64,000 nucleotides of DNA. Origin: Asterias rubens. Lineage: Eukaryota. The translations under genes were made by a program, and so were the position numbers. This document shows, in pieces, positions 1-12,487 of this stretch. The notes beneath the pieces were generated by a model that saw nothing but the letters and a program-made list of their open reading frames with translations, ran no database searches and was not told where the DNA came from. The stretch's first letter is position 1; each line of letters begins with the position of its first letter. The DNA lies in NCBI RefSeq assembly GCF_902459465.1, contig NC_047079.1:7254001-7318000 (forward strand). Reading direction: 5' to 3'.

Positions 1-290
1 CAGAGCACAAATCACTATGCAAATTTCTTTTAGGCAATTCTTCGGGCTCCAGTTGTTTTTTTTTCTCTACTGTATTTAAATTCCTCTCTGCTGTATTTTC
101 AATGTTTTTAACCTAATTAATGTGCATTATTGTACTTTTTATTGCCGATTAAAGAAATAAATATTAATATAAATGTAAAATATGGCAATATCAACAACTC
201 ATCTTAAGATAAATCTCAGTGTTGTGTGAAATCGTTCTCCAGTCTTTTATTTTCAATAATTTTTGTTTTCGTCCTCCCATTTCCTTTAAG

Positions 291-3200
291 AATGCCCGAC
301 TGAAAGCAGCTGACATTGACTTTATCAACGAGCTAGCTTTGTACAAAGATGTGCGCTCTCTGCACATGGTACCACATTATTTTGTTGCACCGTTTAAAGG
401 CACAACTCAAGCTAAGATTGCCGTCACTAGAGTAGACGTTGTAGACAGACTCTTAAAGGATCTTGGGGTTGACAAACATAGGTAAGCTCTTTTGGTTTAA
501 AGAAAACGGCAAAACGCCATGTCGTATATGTTACATTTGTGAGCGGGTTTAATTGTTTTTCTTTCATCTGTATGGCTTGTTCTTCATAGCTTGTCTTTGC
601 TGAGTGGTTTAGCACACCAGACTCTAGGTCTGGTGTTTCTGATCAGCAGAGTGTAGGTTCGAGTCCCAGCTTGACCATTATTGTTTTGTCCTTTAGAAAA
701 TCAAATGCAACTAACTTTTTAAATAATTCGTAGTTTCGTCTTTAATTTTCACTTTAAGAACTTATATTCATCTTTAAACTGCCAGTCATGGTTTTGATAA
801 ACCATTATTGTTGTCACAGTTGTTTACTTTAATCTTGACACTTGAATCTTTCAGTGGTTTGACCGTTGACAATGTGATGACGTTTGCAAAGCGCGCTTTG
901 GAGCATACGGCCGGTGAGGTCAGGGAAGCATCCGTTCATCTGATCTTGGAGTTATATCGGATAAAATCGGAAGCCGTCCGATCGCATCTCCCCTCGGAAG
1001 ACGATCATAAGACGTTAAAGAATCCACTCTATCATAAGATCTTTGATGGTATGGATAAAGTTGATGGGAAACCCACCAAGGCGGAGAAAAAGGTATGTAC
1101 AAGTCAAAAACCAATTTTGTTTCGAAAAATTCACAAATTACAGGGATGATCGAGATTTGTCCCTATTTTTCCTTTTTGACCAATCACTTTACAATCATGT
1201 TTCCCGATGGCTAAAAGAGATCTTATTGTGGAATTTCTATCTGTTTAATTGTTTATCTGTACTTGCTGTGGCCCATGTGAGAAAATGGCTGACACCACGA
1301 CCAATGTTTTTTGCTAAATTATTACTATTTTTTATTCAATATTTGAAGGCCAAGGCTCAGAGTGACAAAGCATCCGAGAAGAAACGTAAACAAGCAGAGA
1401 TTGAAGAGCTTCAGCAACAGCTGGCTGACCTCAGAGCAGCCACCTTAGCACAAGGGAAAAATGTACGTCTCTTTCAGTCTTTGTTTGAATAAAAATGTTA
1501 AACAAAAGTTTCTTTATTGACTTTTAATTACTTCTGTCATAAATAATCAATGATTGTATTTCTTCTCAATTTCAGCCAGATGCTCCAGGGAAGAAGGGTC
1601 CAAAAGCTGGAAATAAAGGTAAGAGTGTCTCTTGGTGGATTTGGTTAATTGGGCAGTAACAAAGCCAGCTTCATTTCACACCAGGAGGGAACTTTTATGA
1701 AACTTGCATTTAATTTTTTATTTATTTCCATGCAATCTCACGCCTATACCTGTACTGTAACTGTGTTTCATAGATTGGGTTTTGTCATCTTAATGTTGAT
1801 TTGTAAGACTCCCTTAGTAAGGACTGCATCAGCATTTATTGATGTGTCGCTGCCCCAAGACCATCTCTAAGATGGATACCGACGCATCATAAATGCCCTT
1901 CATTTGTTATTATTACCTTTTTAAAAGTTGTTAAATTTTGCCTCTAGATCTGCCCAAGAAGCTGCCTCGAGCTCCAAGCATCGCTGAGCAATCCGACTAC
2001 GGAGACGAGATTGATAAACAATGCATCTTCTGCTCAGAAGAGGACAAGAACTTCAAGGATGAAGGTCTGGATATGCATTACTGGAAACATTGCCCGATGC
2101 TTAAACGCTGCCATAGCTGTAAACAGGTAAAAACTCACCCACTATGGCCGGGCCAAATCGGTTCCTTATATTTTTTTAATATAATCTATTTCCTGTAATG
2201 CGTTCTTTTTGGACTGCCTGACCACCAATGTTGAATCAAGATTTTTAATGTGCTTTTGGGTTGTTCTTGCAATTAATTAATAAATAAACCACAATATATA
2301 TAATGCTTTTAGAGTTTTTATCTACTTGTGTATATACTTTGATTTTTGAATTGTTATGTGAAATTGACAACAATAAACTATAATTAAAAAAATCATATTA
2401 TTTATTGATTACTTTGTTGTCATTTTCTGATTGCATTAACAGGTTGTTGAGATTTCAGCGTTGAATAATCACCTTCTGATGGAGTGTGAGGGACGAGCAA
2501 AGTTTGGCAAGTGTCCAAGATGTACAGAGACTCATGAGAAGTCTGAGATTGATCGCTATGTATCGGAAAAGATCTGTCATCGTAAGTATCCTCTAACAAC
2601 ATCGAGGGCCTCTGAGTTGCTTGTGTACGCCAGAGGAGATACACAGAGGCCTTGAAGCCATGGCCTCTGTTGCTCCTGGTCATGGACTTGATGCCCCTTG
2701 ATATTGACTACAGGCTGGCATAGATATTATTGCAATATCAGTAGATGATGTTAAATAGTCAGACAGTTGGAGGGTTAGTTTGGCAAAAATGCATTATAAT
2801 TGAAAGTCAAATTATTGGAAAACAAACTAAAAAATTCACAATATTTTGAGGAAAATGTTAAATCAATATTGACGACTAAGGATAAAATTGCTTTAGTCTT
2901 TCACTTTGTTAAGCTTGATTAGTGAGTAGGGTAAACTTGTATAAGTCCTCCACCTTGTTAACCCTGATCGGTGGAGAGAGATAGATGTGCTTTAGTCCTC
3001 CACCTTGTACAACTTATTAATACTGGTGAGGATTTATGAATTTGAATAAGTACTCTCAACTTTGTAAACCTGATATGTTTGTTTCTACACAGCACCCAAG
3101 GCTGGTATGAGTAAATGCCCCTTGTGTCACAATAGCATTGCAGCTGAAGATGATAAAGATGAAAACTGGAGGAAACATCTTATGGAGACGGGGAAGGATG

Positions 3201-3562
3201 CTTGTCTTAAGAACCCAAGACGAGAAGCTTCCATCAAAAGAGGTCAGAACTTTAATGTCAAGTACAATATTGGTTTTAAGAAGAGTTAATTCAGTCCCTT
3301 ACTCTTGCTTTCAATAAACGCTCAAAGTCATAAGTCCCTTGGGTCGTTAAGCAGTTTGCAACAGCTAGTTCTATTTTTCTAATCGAAGTGAACACGCCCA
3401 CATTATAAAGCTCATTTCTTGCTCATCTTCAATTTGTTTTCAGTGAGAGAAAGCAAGAACCCGTCTGATAAGCAGCCACTAAAGAAAGCCCCAGAAGCAA
3501 CAAAGAGTAAAATACCCACCAAGGAGCGCAAACCCAAAGGAAAAACACAGAGGCCTAAATAA
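291..3562 (+). CDS. CEP104: Centrosomal protein 104 (3' part; 5' end lies upstream of the window)
   Basis: Exons 291-481, 855-1092, 1349-1462, 1576-1618, 1948-2126, 2443-2581, 3093-3242, 3444-3562(TAA), all with GT-AG sites and consistent phase. End of the TOG domain (VREASVHLILELY), a coiled coil, then the C2HC zinc-finger array CIFCSEE..EGLDMHYWKHCPMLKRCHSCKQVVEI..HLLMEC..KCPRC..CPLCH..WRKHLM, which closely matches vertebrate CEP104. Confidence 0.93.
590..680 (+). mobile_element. tRNA-derived SINE head fragment
   Basis: A-box-like GCTGAGTGGTTTAG and B-box GGTTCGAGTCCC flank CTCT..GGTCTGGTGTTTCTGATCAGCAGAGTGT; the same family recurs at 52320-52470. Confidence 0.7.
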
Positions 3563-5510
3563 ATTAAAGAAACCCACCGAGAAGTAAGACCAAGTCACAG
3601 AGAGTATCAACCAACCCACCAAAGAACAAAGCTACAACAAGCAGCAGTGTAAAGATAGTTTCAAGAACAGAGATTGGCTGAACCCACCTAGAGAAAAGCA
3701 TCACAGCACTTAGAAGTGAAAATCTGAAGACACCGAGGCCTTAACAGACACCAACCAAGACATGAAACTAAATAAATAAGACAAAATGTCTGCAGAGATG
3801 TGTTTTAAAGATGAACTTGTCTAACTCATCAATACACAAAGCAAAAACATAAAAACATTGAGGATAGCTTTAAGGAGAGATGAACTCAGACAAAACATTT
3901 ATAAAATAAACTGTCCCCCAACAGTGGCGGGGTGAACCTTTGAAGTTTTGACTCGTGATTAAAGCTTGCCAGAGTAAAATGTGGACAAGATTTAATGTGA
4001 TAATTTGAACATTTTTAAATTCAGCTTGTGAGAAGGAAATTACAGTAATGCCAGAAGTGCCCCTAGAAAAAACTATGCTCTCCTTCTGCCCCCCCCCTTT
4101 AATGTTAACTTAGTTTCAGTGCTGCCCACCAAGACACAATAAGAAAAGGCAATACACAATCCATGTCAATCTGTGACACCAACAGTTTATTGTTGAAGTG
4201 ATTGTTTTTTGTTCATTGGATACCGATTTCAAATTTACCACACTCGTTCTGGACTTAACAAAGAGCTGCCAACTTTTGCATCTTGCATTCAGTGAGGTTT
4301 TGTACAACAATCAAGGAGGCCTGGTATTGCTCGTTTTTTGCCTTGTTACCCCTTCAAAAGTTTCTCATAGAAGGTAGCATGTCTAAAGGAAATTCCAAGC
4401 CTGTCCATTTTTGGTTGTTCATGTAGAACGTAAATGTCAGTTTTAGCAACTGAACATTGCCGACCGACCATTTTGATCTTCAAACTGACCTCAATTGTTT
4501 TTGCGTAGCTCATCGAAATTGTTGCGGTCATTAATTTGTAAGGGTCATCGAAACCCACCCAGCACGTGATTTATACATGAACAAAACATCAAGCTAGTTC
4601 CAAAATGAACTTCAACACCGTTATCTAAAGAGATTGTTCAACATGTTATCTTTTTCTTTGTACAAGACCACATTCCTGTTTTACACATTTTGTGTTTAGG
4701 CGTTCTTAGAAAAGATGTTGCCGTGAATTTTTGTTCGTTTTGTTGTGCAAATGTTTTTGTTGAATTTGAAATCAGTTGACTAGTTTACCTCACGTGTACA
4801 TAATGTAAACAATTATATTGTATAGAATATAACAACTTTTATTTAGACAATGTTTCTAGATGTATGATATTGTAAAGGACTCGTCGACCCATTCAATTGA
4901 TCTTGTATGATAGCTATTAAACTGAAATTCTAATAATATTTAAATACAGGAGTCGAGTAATTGTTGATGGCATGTTCGTACTCACTGTGCATGACTCTCG
5001 GCCAAATAGCTCTGCATTAATACCTCAGTGAGGGGACTATTTTGGGCTTGTGACATCATTTACGATTGGTTTATTAAAACATGATCTCAGATGGTAAAGC
5101 AGTGGTACGGTATCGAGAGGTCACAGGTTGAAAATAGTAGAATGGTTTCCTTATGTCAAATTTAGGCACAAAAGGTATTCCATCCCATGCGAAGGCTGCA
5201 CTGACTAACTGCAAACTTGTTCATTGATACAAAGTATACAGTCTGCAGATTTGTTTGTTTTGCATTGAACATTTATTTATAGTCCTCCATTTGAACAGCC
5301 TGAAAACCTATTAAAATAAAAAGTGTAACAAAAATTACAAAAATGTAAAAAAAAACTGGGAAAACTCCCCACAACGTAACACAATATCCACATAGCTTAC
5401 AACAAGACACAAAATTAATACGTAAAAAAAAGAAACTTTTAAAAATCTATTTCCATGATAACTTCATGACTTACAGGTTTTGGCCATAAATTTTCTTGCT
5501 CGAGGTCAGT

Positions 5511-5677
5511 GGTGGAATTCACAAAGAGTTAAGACTAGTCTTATCTCAAGTTGGGACGAGTATAACTCGTCCTATAACTTGGGAGCTAGGACTAGCCTGA
5601 AGTTTGAGTAAAGGGATAGGAAAAGTCCGAAGTTATTACTAGTCCTAAGTTAGGACTATCTTTGTGAAGTTGGCCCC
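5511..5677. mobile_element. Palindromic MITE (probably PIF/Harbinger-derived)
   Basis: Ends GAATTCACAAAG...CTTTGTGAAGTTGGCCCC with internal ACTAGTCCTAAGTTAGGACTA-type palindromes; a related copy lies at ~24896-25064. Confidence 0.6.
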
Positions 5678-5712
5678 AGGACTCTGCCGACAGAGTTACT
5701 TTTGCAGTCGCG

Positions 5713-8700
5713 TTACTTTGAACATCCACAGTGAAACGAAGCTGAATCTTTCCTGACTGAATCATAATCGCAGCCCACACACGTGACATGATACCAGCTA
5801 TCGCAGCTGTCACATTGTACCTGCAAAATAAAATAATACAAATTATTCACATTAGATGTCATCATAGGAAAGTTTTAATTTTGGGTTGAACAAAGAAAAG
5901 TGGGACGCGAACCAACGACCTCCGAATTAACGTACCAGTGCTCTAACAACTGTCTAGCCCGGTATTAGCGGTCCCTCGCTTGTCTTTATGTTTCTATCAC
6001 TCACCCATGCAAGCGTGTTGTCTGTTGGCCTGCAGCAATCATACGAGTCACACACTTCAAACTCCACATCCGGCATCTGGGCTTCATTTTGTGCTCCGAT
6101 GGGTAGCTTTGCAGGGGGTCCGAGGGAAAGCTTTACAGGGGGTGGAATCTTCGTCTTTGATCTCCTATGATGATGTTTCTTAGAGCCTTTCTTCTTGGCC
6201 GTTTCTATTGAGGATGGTCCTCTTTTCTTGCTTTGTATCTCCTCTGAATCATTGATGCTTTTCTTCTTCTTGGATGTCTGAATTGGAGAAGTTGACCGCG
6301 GTTCAGTAGATATTGAGTCTGCAAGGCTACTAGTACGAGTAACTTTCTCTTGATCCAAAGACGAGAGCGTACTCCTCAACGGTGTTTGAGAGGATACAAC
6401 AGAAGATGATGATCTAGAGGGATGCAAGTCTGATGAGGCGGAGAAATGAGCACCTTTAAAAATCAAAGATGTAGGATTTTTAGTCCTTGATTGCTACAAG
6501 GCTGTTACTTAAAAGTGAGATTTCCTGCTGTCCTCCTGGGTGGAGAGAATCAACTATGTATATCAACACAGTGGAATAATATCAGTTGCATTTTTGATCC
6601 ATTATTTGTAAATGAAGCCTACTTTCCCCTATCCTCCCAGTAGGAGAGAATCAACAATGGATATGAACACTTGAATTATGTCTGCTGGATTTGAGCACAG
6701 TGCTACTAACCAGCAATTTGTGGGTGTAATACTTGTGCTCATTTCTCTCTGTCTTCCTGGATGGAGAGAATCAATTATGGACAATGGCGCAATGGTGCTT
6801 CGTTAATTACAAATTAATCTACCTTGACATGGAGTGCTACTTGTCCAGCGTGTCTGAGATGAATTCTTGGATGTCTTAGGCGCTAAAAAGTTTGTGTTTC
6901 CAAATTGGAATCTTTGAGGCAAAGGATCCAATTCTTGCTCCGAGGCCGACGAATCAAAGTGCTCTGCCTTGGCCCTGACGACTGACGTCAGTCGAAACAG
7001 CTCATCATCTGGGTTAGAAATAAAATATAATTCAAAGAATCTCTGCATTATTGTACTTTGGGCACATCAGAGAGATGTCAAAATAAAACCCAGATACCTA
7101 AAGATCACTCTGGCACTCTGGGTGAGGCAAGGCTTGACCTGAATCTGAGTCGGCAAATCATCCTAATGGAAACAGGCAAGTGTTTGTATCCAGTTTCCTT
7201 GACTGAGAATATTTTGATTCCTTCTGGACAGGATGCCAGTCCATCGCAGGTTACTCTCAACTCGGGCCGATACCCATTTGTACTCCTGGGTGGAGGGAAG
7301 CAATTTCGAAAAAGTGCCTTGCCCAACGAAATAGGTGAAATGTCGCAATTGACTAGGCCAGGATTCAAACCCACATTTTGTAAATTACACAACTTAAGTC
7401 TACCGCCCTAGACTCAGCCACGACACCCCACTAAACCAAACGGAAGCTATTACCTAAATTACTTGCAGTACGTTTGTCTTCTTCGCTGCTTCTCAAACCA
7501 TGTTTGTCTTTCCTCTCTGGACTTCGGACTTCTTTGCTGATGTAATTTCCAGTAGCTTCTCCAGGAGCTCTGTCTCCTCTTAATGAGGAGGCTGCAGGAG
7601 TTGTCGTGAAATGTTTTGAGGAATGAGTTCCCGGTAGAGAGTTTAATGAAGGGTTCATACTTTGAATACGAGGCATTTCTGGTGATACATGAAGGCTTGA
7701 TGTTGATTGCAAATGAAAGTTCGTTGATTGTTTACTTTTCGTCGAAGGAGTTTGATGATCACGAGGAGTCGGGCTTTGCGGCGTTCCAAAGTTAGTGGGA
7801 GTCGACAAAGCTGAAGACTCTAAATTGCTGTTTGGCTGAAGGGATGGGATACGACTCGGAGTAGAGAAGATGTGAATTCTATTTTCAGAATTGGATTTCG
7901 GCACAACTGCAATGTCACTAAGTACCGCTGTATCGAGACCAGGAGGAGAGGAGTGTTGGTCTCTTGGGAGTGAATAAGTTGTCGTTAATGGATGGCGTGA
8001 GACGAAAACTGACGGCACTTTGAGTTCATCGGTTTGTATGGCATTCTCTGAGAGGACCTTTTCAAACTGCAAATAACAATAACAACAATAATAATCAAGT
8101 TCTTTAATATAGCGCATTTTACAATAACCGTATCAATGCGAGTTACATTAGTGCCCTGGTCTTTGGGCAAATAACATTCCTGTAATCTTTCTCTGCTCCC
8201 TGGGGAGTAAACAGCCCCGGCTGTCGCTCTTCAAAGACAAATAGTTAGTTATTTGTTTGCTATGTTTCTGAATTACTTACCACGAATCTGAATTCTGAAT
8301 GTATCTGTCGGCTGAGCATGCCAGGCATGAGCTTGACCCCAGACGTGTGCCCAAACGTCAACGTATCACCTTCGTTGATTCTGACTCTACCTGCAATCTA
8401 GAAATCCAAAAAAAATTATGTATTACAAAATGAATCCCAGGCAAAGAATTGTCTTTAACAACCTAAACACGTTATCCTTTGTGTTTTCACAGCCTCGGAC
8501 TCAATAGAGAAATTAGTCAGGCTCCTTTTTTGTATTGAGCTACACGTAGCAATCATCACTAGTAAATGGATACAGGAAACATGACGGCCACCTTAATGGG
8601 CTGTTGTGGCTCTCTTAAACATCGATCTTATCAATCGTATCTCCTTATCAATCATAGATGCCATTTCAATTCATCACTATGATAAGACCGATGTTAAAAG

Positions 8701-9692
8701 AGAGCCATAACAGCCCAAGAAGAAGGGCTAGGCCGTAGTTGTATCTTAACCCTCCATCCATCCGCCATTTGGGAGGATGGAAGGTGATATCGCAACTAGC
8801 TAGGCAGCTGCATGCTGGACTGGATGCCTACCTTGACGTCATTTATGAAGGTTCCATTTGTACTCATGTCTTGTACATAAACCATCTGTCTATTGTTGTG
8901 ATATTCGCTCGTCACGACAGCATGTTGTCTTGAGATGAGTTGCTTGTGGATAGATGAGTTCAGGTAGACGTCTACCATCGCGATGTGACGACCAATCGTA
9001 AGCTTCTGTTTATTTAATCTGTTTGTAAAAAGATAATTTTACATGACATGCCATTATTTAGGATTCGAGCCCGAATGAGATAAATGAGCCAAAATAAGCA
9101 ATTTGCTTCTCAAGAATTTGAACTTGTTTTAAATGTTCTAAAACTTAAAAGACCTGAAGAATAGGGTCACACAATAAAATACAGAAAAAGAAGGCGAGTT
9201 TGGGACTTTGCTTTTTTGTATTTGTATTTCATTTGTAATTGTATATTGTAGACTAAAAAAAAACTTAAACTTAAATTTAAAACTAAAACTTAAGGAGGTT
9301 GAAGACCTTGCACACTTGCAGACCGAAAGTCGAAACCCTGTGCCCTGTGGCACGGTGGTACCAGATGATACTCCCATACTGGTTCCAAATCCTTACTGAA
9401 AAATCATAACAATACGTAAAATTAAAGATAGAGCAAAATGACAGGACAGGCCAGAATGGCAAAAAAAAAACGGAATCAGAAGGACTCGAGTCAGTCTAAC
9501 TAACTAACCCCCCCCCCCTTTTATTAAAAAGTGCAAAATCGGCAAAAAATAAAATTTAAATATTCTGCACTCCCTCCGCAAAAAAGCTAAAACTTACAGA
9601 AATACATCTTCGATTCCTTTGCATGTTGCCGCTGCTCCAATTCTTCTCAGCTGATAAAGGCAATTTTCAGTCAACTCGCCAGAATCGTCCAT
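5713..9692 (-). CDS. TCF19: Transcription factor 19-like (N-terminal FHA domain, low-complexity Ser/Pro/Thr middle, C-terminal PHD finger)
   Basis: Exons (- strand) 9692-9598, 9018-8832, 8397-8281, 8066-7454, 7008-6823, 6453-6005, 5820-5713(TAA). CLYQLRRIG, ISRQHA, STNGTFIND, GDTLTFG and SEFRFVF match the TCF19 FHA region; CDSYDCCRP..LAWVQCDSCDSWYHVTCVGC..FHCGC matches its PHD finger. Confidence 0.88.
5903..5955 (-). mobile_element. tRNA-derived SINE head fragment (TCF19 intron)
   Basis: Minus strand reads CAGTTGTTAGAGCACTGGTACGTTAATTCGGAGGTCGTTGGTTCGCGTCCC (A/B-box-like); no intact cloverleaf. Confidence 0.55.
7245..7420 (-). mobile_element. SINE-like repeat fragment in TCF19 intron
   Basis: Minus strand has GTTTGAATCCTGG (B-box-like) and CCACCCAGGAGTACAAATGGGTATC, a central motif typical of marine-invertebrate tRNA-SINEs. 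Related CCTGGGTGGAGAG pieces lie at 6535-6790 and ~8195. Confidence 0.5.
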
Positions 9693-10878
9693 GTTTTTGA
9701 CAAGACGAAACTGTGTTTTGTTTTTCTTCCGGAATCCGATGATGAATGACCGTCGTAAACAAACCACTTTTGGGCCCCGGCCAAACATGATTTTTTTTAG
9801 TCAACAATCGTCAAATGTAATGCAGTCCCAAACCGACCGCGTGATGGCTTGTGTATGGCTGCGAACCGTGGCCACGTAATGTTCGCATAGAGCTTTCAGA
9901 GGAAGTGCGTACTGTCACTGATGACGGTCGTTTACGGTGTTTGATAAGGTATCGAAATTAAGTGCTAACTTTCAGTCATTTTCGCGTCATCAATGAATGG
10001 ACGACACGCGTACAACGAATGGCCTGCAAATATCAAGAGAGGGCGATGTTCAGAAACTCTGCAGCCTTCCCAGTAACCACGCCCCTTTTTACTTCCAATT
10101 TTATGTAAAACCAATTAACAAAAGGGAATTCAAAACAAGAACCAAAACCAAGACAAAGTAACTGCAGTTATTATATTTAATTTCAATGAGTATACAAATA
10201 AATAACAATTATAGTATTACATGCATGTACAGCTTCAAACAAAAGGCAATCTAATTATTAAATTTGTTAAACTCAAAGGTCCTGGGGAGGGGGCCCGGGC
10301 AAGTTTGTGAAGGAATAATAATTATAAACTTTTCATAATAATAATACATGCCCTTAATTTGTTAAATAAATACCCAACAAAAATTCATCGGCCCATATCG
10401 AGTTGGACATGACGCTCTGATTTCTTTAAACAGAATAATAATTGCTGTGCAATCCAATACTCATTTATATGATCCATGATTTTAATAACTAAGGGGAAAA
10501 TCAAGGGTATAGCTGTTCCTCCAAAACCTCAAATAAATAGCAATTTTACCACATAATCTATAATTCTAAACACAAAATTATTTGAGACTGCTAATGACAT
10601 CAATATTTGTTAATTTATCACTGGGCTAGGCATAACTGTCTTTAGTCTAAAGTTGTTAGTTGCGATAACGTAACTGCTATCGGGAGGAGGGTTACGTTAT
10701 CGCAACTACCGATATTATGTTTGGTGTTGAGTGACCATAGAGGCTGGAGTATACATGTAGTACAGGATTTAGGTTGCCCTTGGGTCAATTTGCCCTAGAG
10801 ATTAAGGGTCAGTTGCTAAGGTTGGGGCCGGTCAGTGATGGGAAACATTACTCAATAAGTTCCAAAATAATGAGTTAT

Positions 10879-11826
10879 TCATGGTTCGGCAGCAGGAGGT
10901 TGAGTAATGCTTCGACGCCCGACTCGACATCTTGGCAGAGTGCGACTCTTTCCATGCTGAGTAAGATGACTCGATCTAGAAAACCCCTTCCCGCATACGC
11001 CACATACGAATGGTTTCAGCCCAGTGTGTATAATCTCATGTCGTTTTAAATCACCGCTCCCAGCAAAGGCCTTCCCGCAGAGATTGCAGACGAACGGTTT
11101 CTCTCCTGTGTGGACTCTCTGATGAACTTTAAGATTGTGGTTCTGGGCGAAGGTCTTGTTGCATACATCACAGGTGAAGGGTTTCTCACCCGTATGGGTG
11201 CGTTCATGATGGGATAGGTTACCGCTGCAGGTGAACGCTTTACCGCAGAATCTACAGGCAAACGGTTTTTCCCCGGTGTGAGTTCTGAGGTGTATTGTTA
11301 GATGAACACTCAGGGAGAAGGCCTTTCCACATTCACCGCAGACGTAAGGTTTTTCACCGGTGTGAGAGCGCTGATGTTTCATTAAGTCGCTCCTGCTTAG
11401 AAATTTCATCTCGCAGAAGTGGCAGGCAAACGGCTTAACACCAGTGTGAAGGCGTTCATGTTGTTTGAAACTGAACTGCTGTCTGAAAGTGTCTCCGCAG
11501 AAGCCGCAAACGTAAGGCCTCTCGTTGGTGTGGATTCGTTCGTGCTGCTGTAGGTGACTGTTACGAGTGAACGACTGAGCGCAGAATTTGCAACTGAAGG
11601 GCCTGTTTCCGGAGTGAATCTGCATGTGTCTGCGGAGATAGCCGATTTTTGTAAAGCGTTTTTCACAGAGCTCACAGGCATAGGGGCGTTCTTCTTCAGT
11701 ATTGAGGTTTTCATGACAGCCGATCATCATTTTGTGCTTGTTTTCATGGGCTATGCTGGATGATTGCAACAAGCATGGTGATTTACAAGCATTTCCTCGT
11801 TCGCAGTCGCACCCAGGCTGGCACAT
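10879..11826 (-). CDS. C2H2 zinc-finger protein (8 complete fingers + degenerate 9th), single coding exon
   Basis: Repeated CxxC-x12-HxxxH with TGEKP linkers; the last finger (CGVC...HGKSR) lacks its second His. The acceptor at 11846-11847 is followed by an in-frame TGA, so the CDS starts at ATG 11826 and any upstream exon is 5' UTR. Confidence 0.9.
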   Translation of the reverse strand: MCQPGCDCERGNACKSPCLLQSSSIAHENKHKMMIGCHENLNTEEERPYACELCEKRFTKIGYLRRHMQIHSGNRPFSCKFCAQSFTRNSHLQQHERIHTNERPYVCGFCGDTFRQQFSFKQHERLHTGVKPFACHFCEMKFLSRSDLMKHQRSHTGEKPYVCGECGKAFSLSVHLTIHLRTHTGEKPFACRFCGKAFTCSGNLSHHERTHTGEKPFTCDVCNKTFAQNHNLKVHQRVHTGEKPFVCNLCGKAFAGSGDLKRHEIIHTGLKPFVCGVCGKGFSRSSHLTQHGKSRTLPRCRVGRRSITQPPAAEP

Positions 11827-12149
11827 CAACGATTGACACCATCACCTGTAAAAACAAAACATTCAATTTGTATATTATTAGACAATTAAAAATTAAATAC
11901 ATTTTACAGTCACAGACATTTCCTTTTTTCATGTTGCAATATGTGAATTGACTACTCAGCATAAACAGTGACACTTTTACTTTACTTGCTACTTTAAAAA
12001 AACAGAACATTGTTTGTTTACAATACATCATTGATTGCATTGATTTGAATTGCAATTTGCATGTTGATGATTTCTTAGCTCAGCCTTTTTTAATCATTCA
12101 GAAAATTGATATATCATTCAGGGTTTCCATTGAAATATTGAAGGATCAG

Positions 12150-12487
12150 TACCTCAACTTGAGTTACAAACACTGAGGTGCAAATCGCCAATAAGTAGAA
12201 AGTTTTAAGTTTTATTGCACATCCTGTCTGTGTCTGCAGTGCAGCAGTCCACACAGCTGTCAAAATAAAGAGTAGAAAAACATAAGGAAAGCCGGAAACC
12301 CGGAACCCTGACTACACTTTGTCTTGGCAAGAACCCTGCGCATGTGATGTTGACACATGTCAATTTTGTTTTAGTATTGTTTGTGTGTAATATGACTTCA
12401 CATGATGTGAAGTATCCACCATGTAAACTCAAAGAGCGCGCTATCCCGTGATCCAGGTACCAGACTGACGCTAAAATGGCCGCCATC
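12150..12487. promoter_or_regulatory. Probable bidirectional promoter shared by the zinc-finger gene and NPHP4
   Basis: Divergent ATGs are only 650 bp apart and the ZF gene needs an upstream UTR exon. The region is CpG-richer, and the YY1-type motif AAAATGGCCGCC overlaps the NPHP4 ATG. Confidence 0.55.

Noticed and set aside
11046-11763. Overlapping ORFs on other frames or strand of the ZF gene (and antisense ORFs over the lectin, SDR and TCF19 exons)
   Set aside because: They are shadow ORFs of real coding sequence.
11842-11844. Selenocysteine TGA in the zinc-finger gene
   Set aside because: The 3' UTR hairpin lacks SECIS features (AUGA/GA quartet, apical AA) and there is no selenoprotein-like context.
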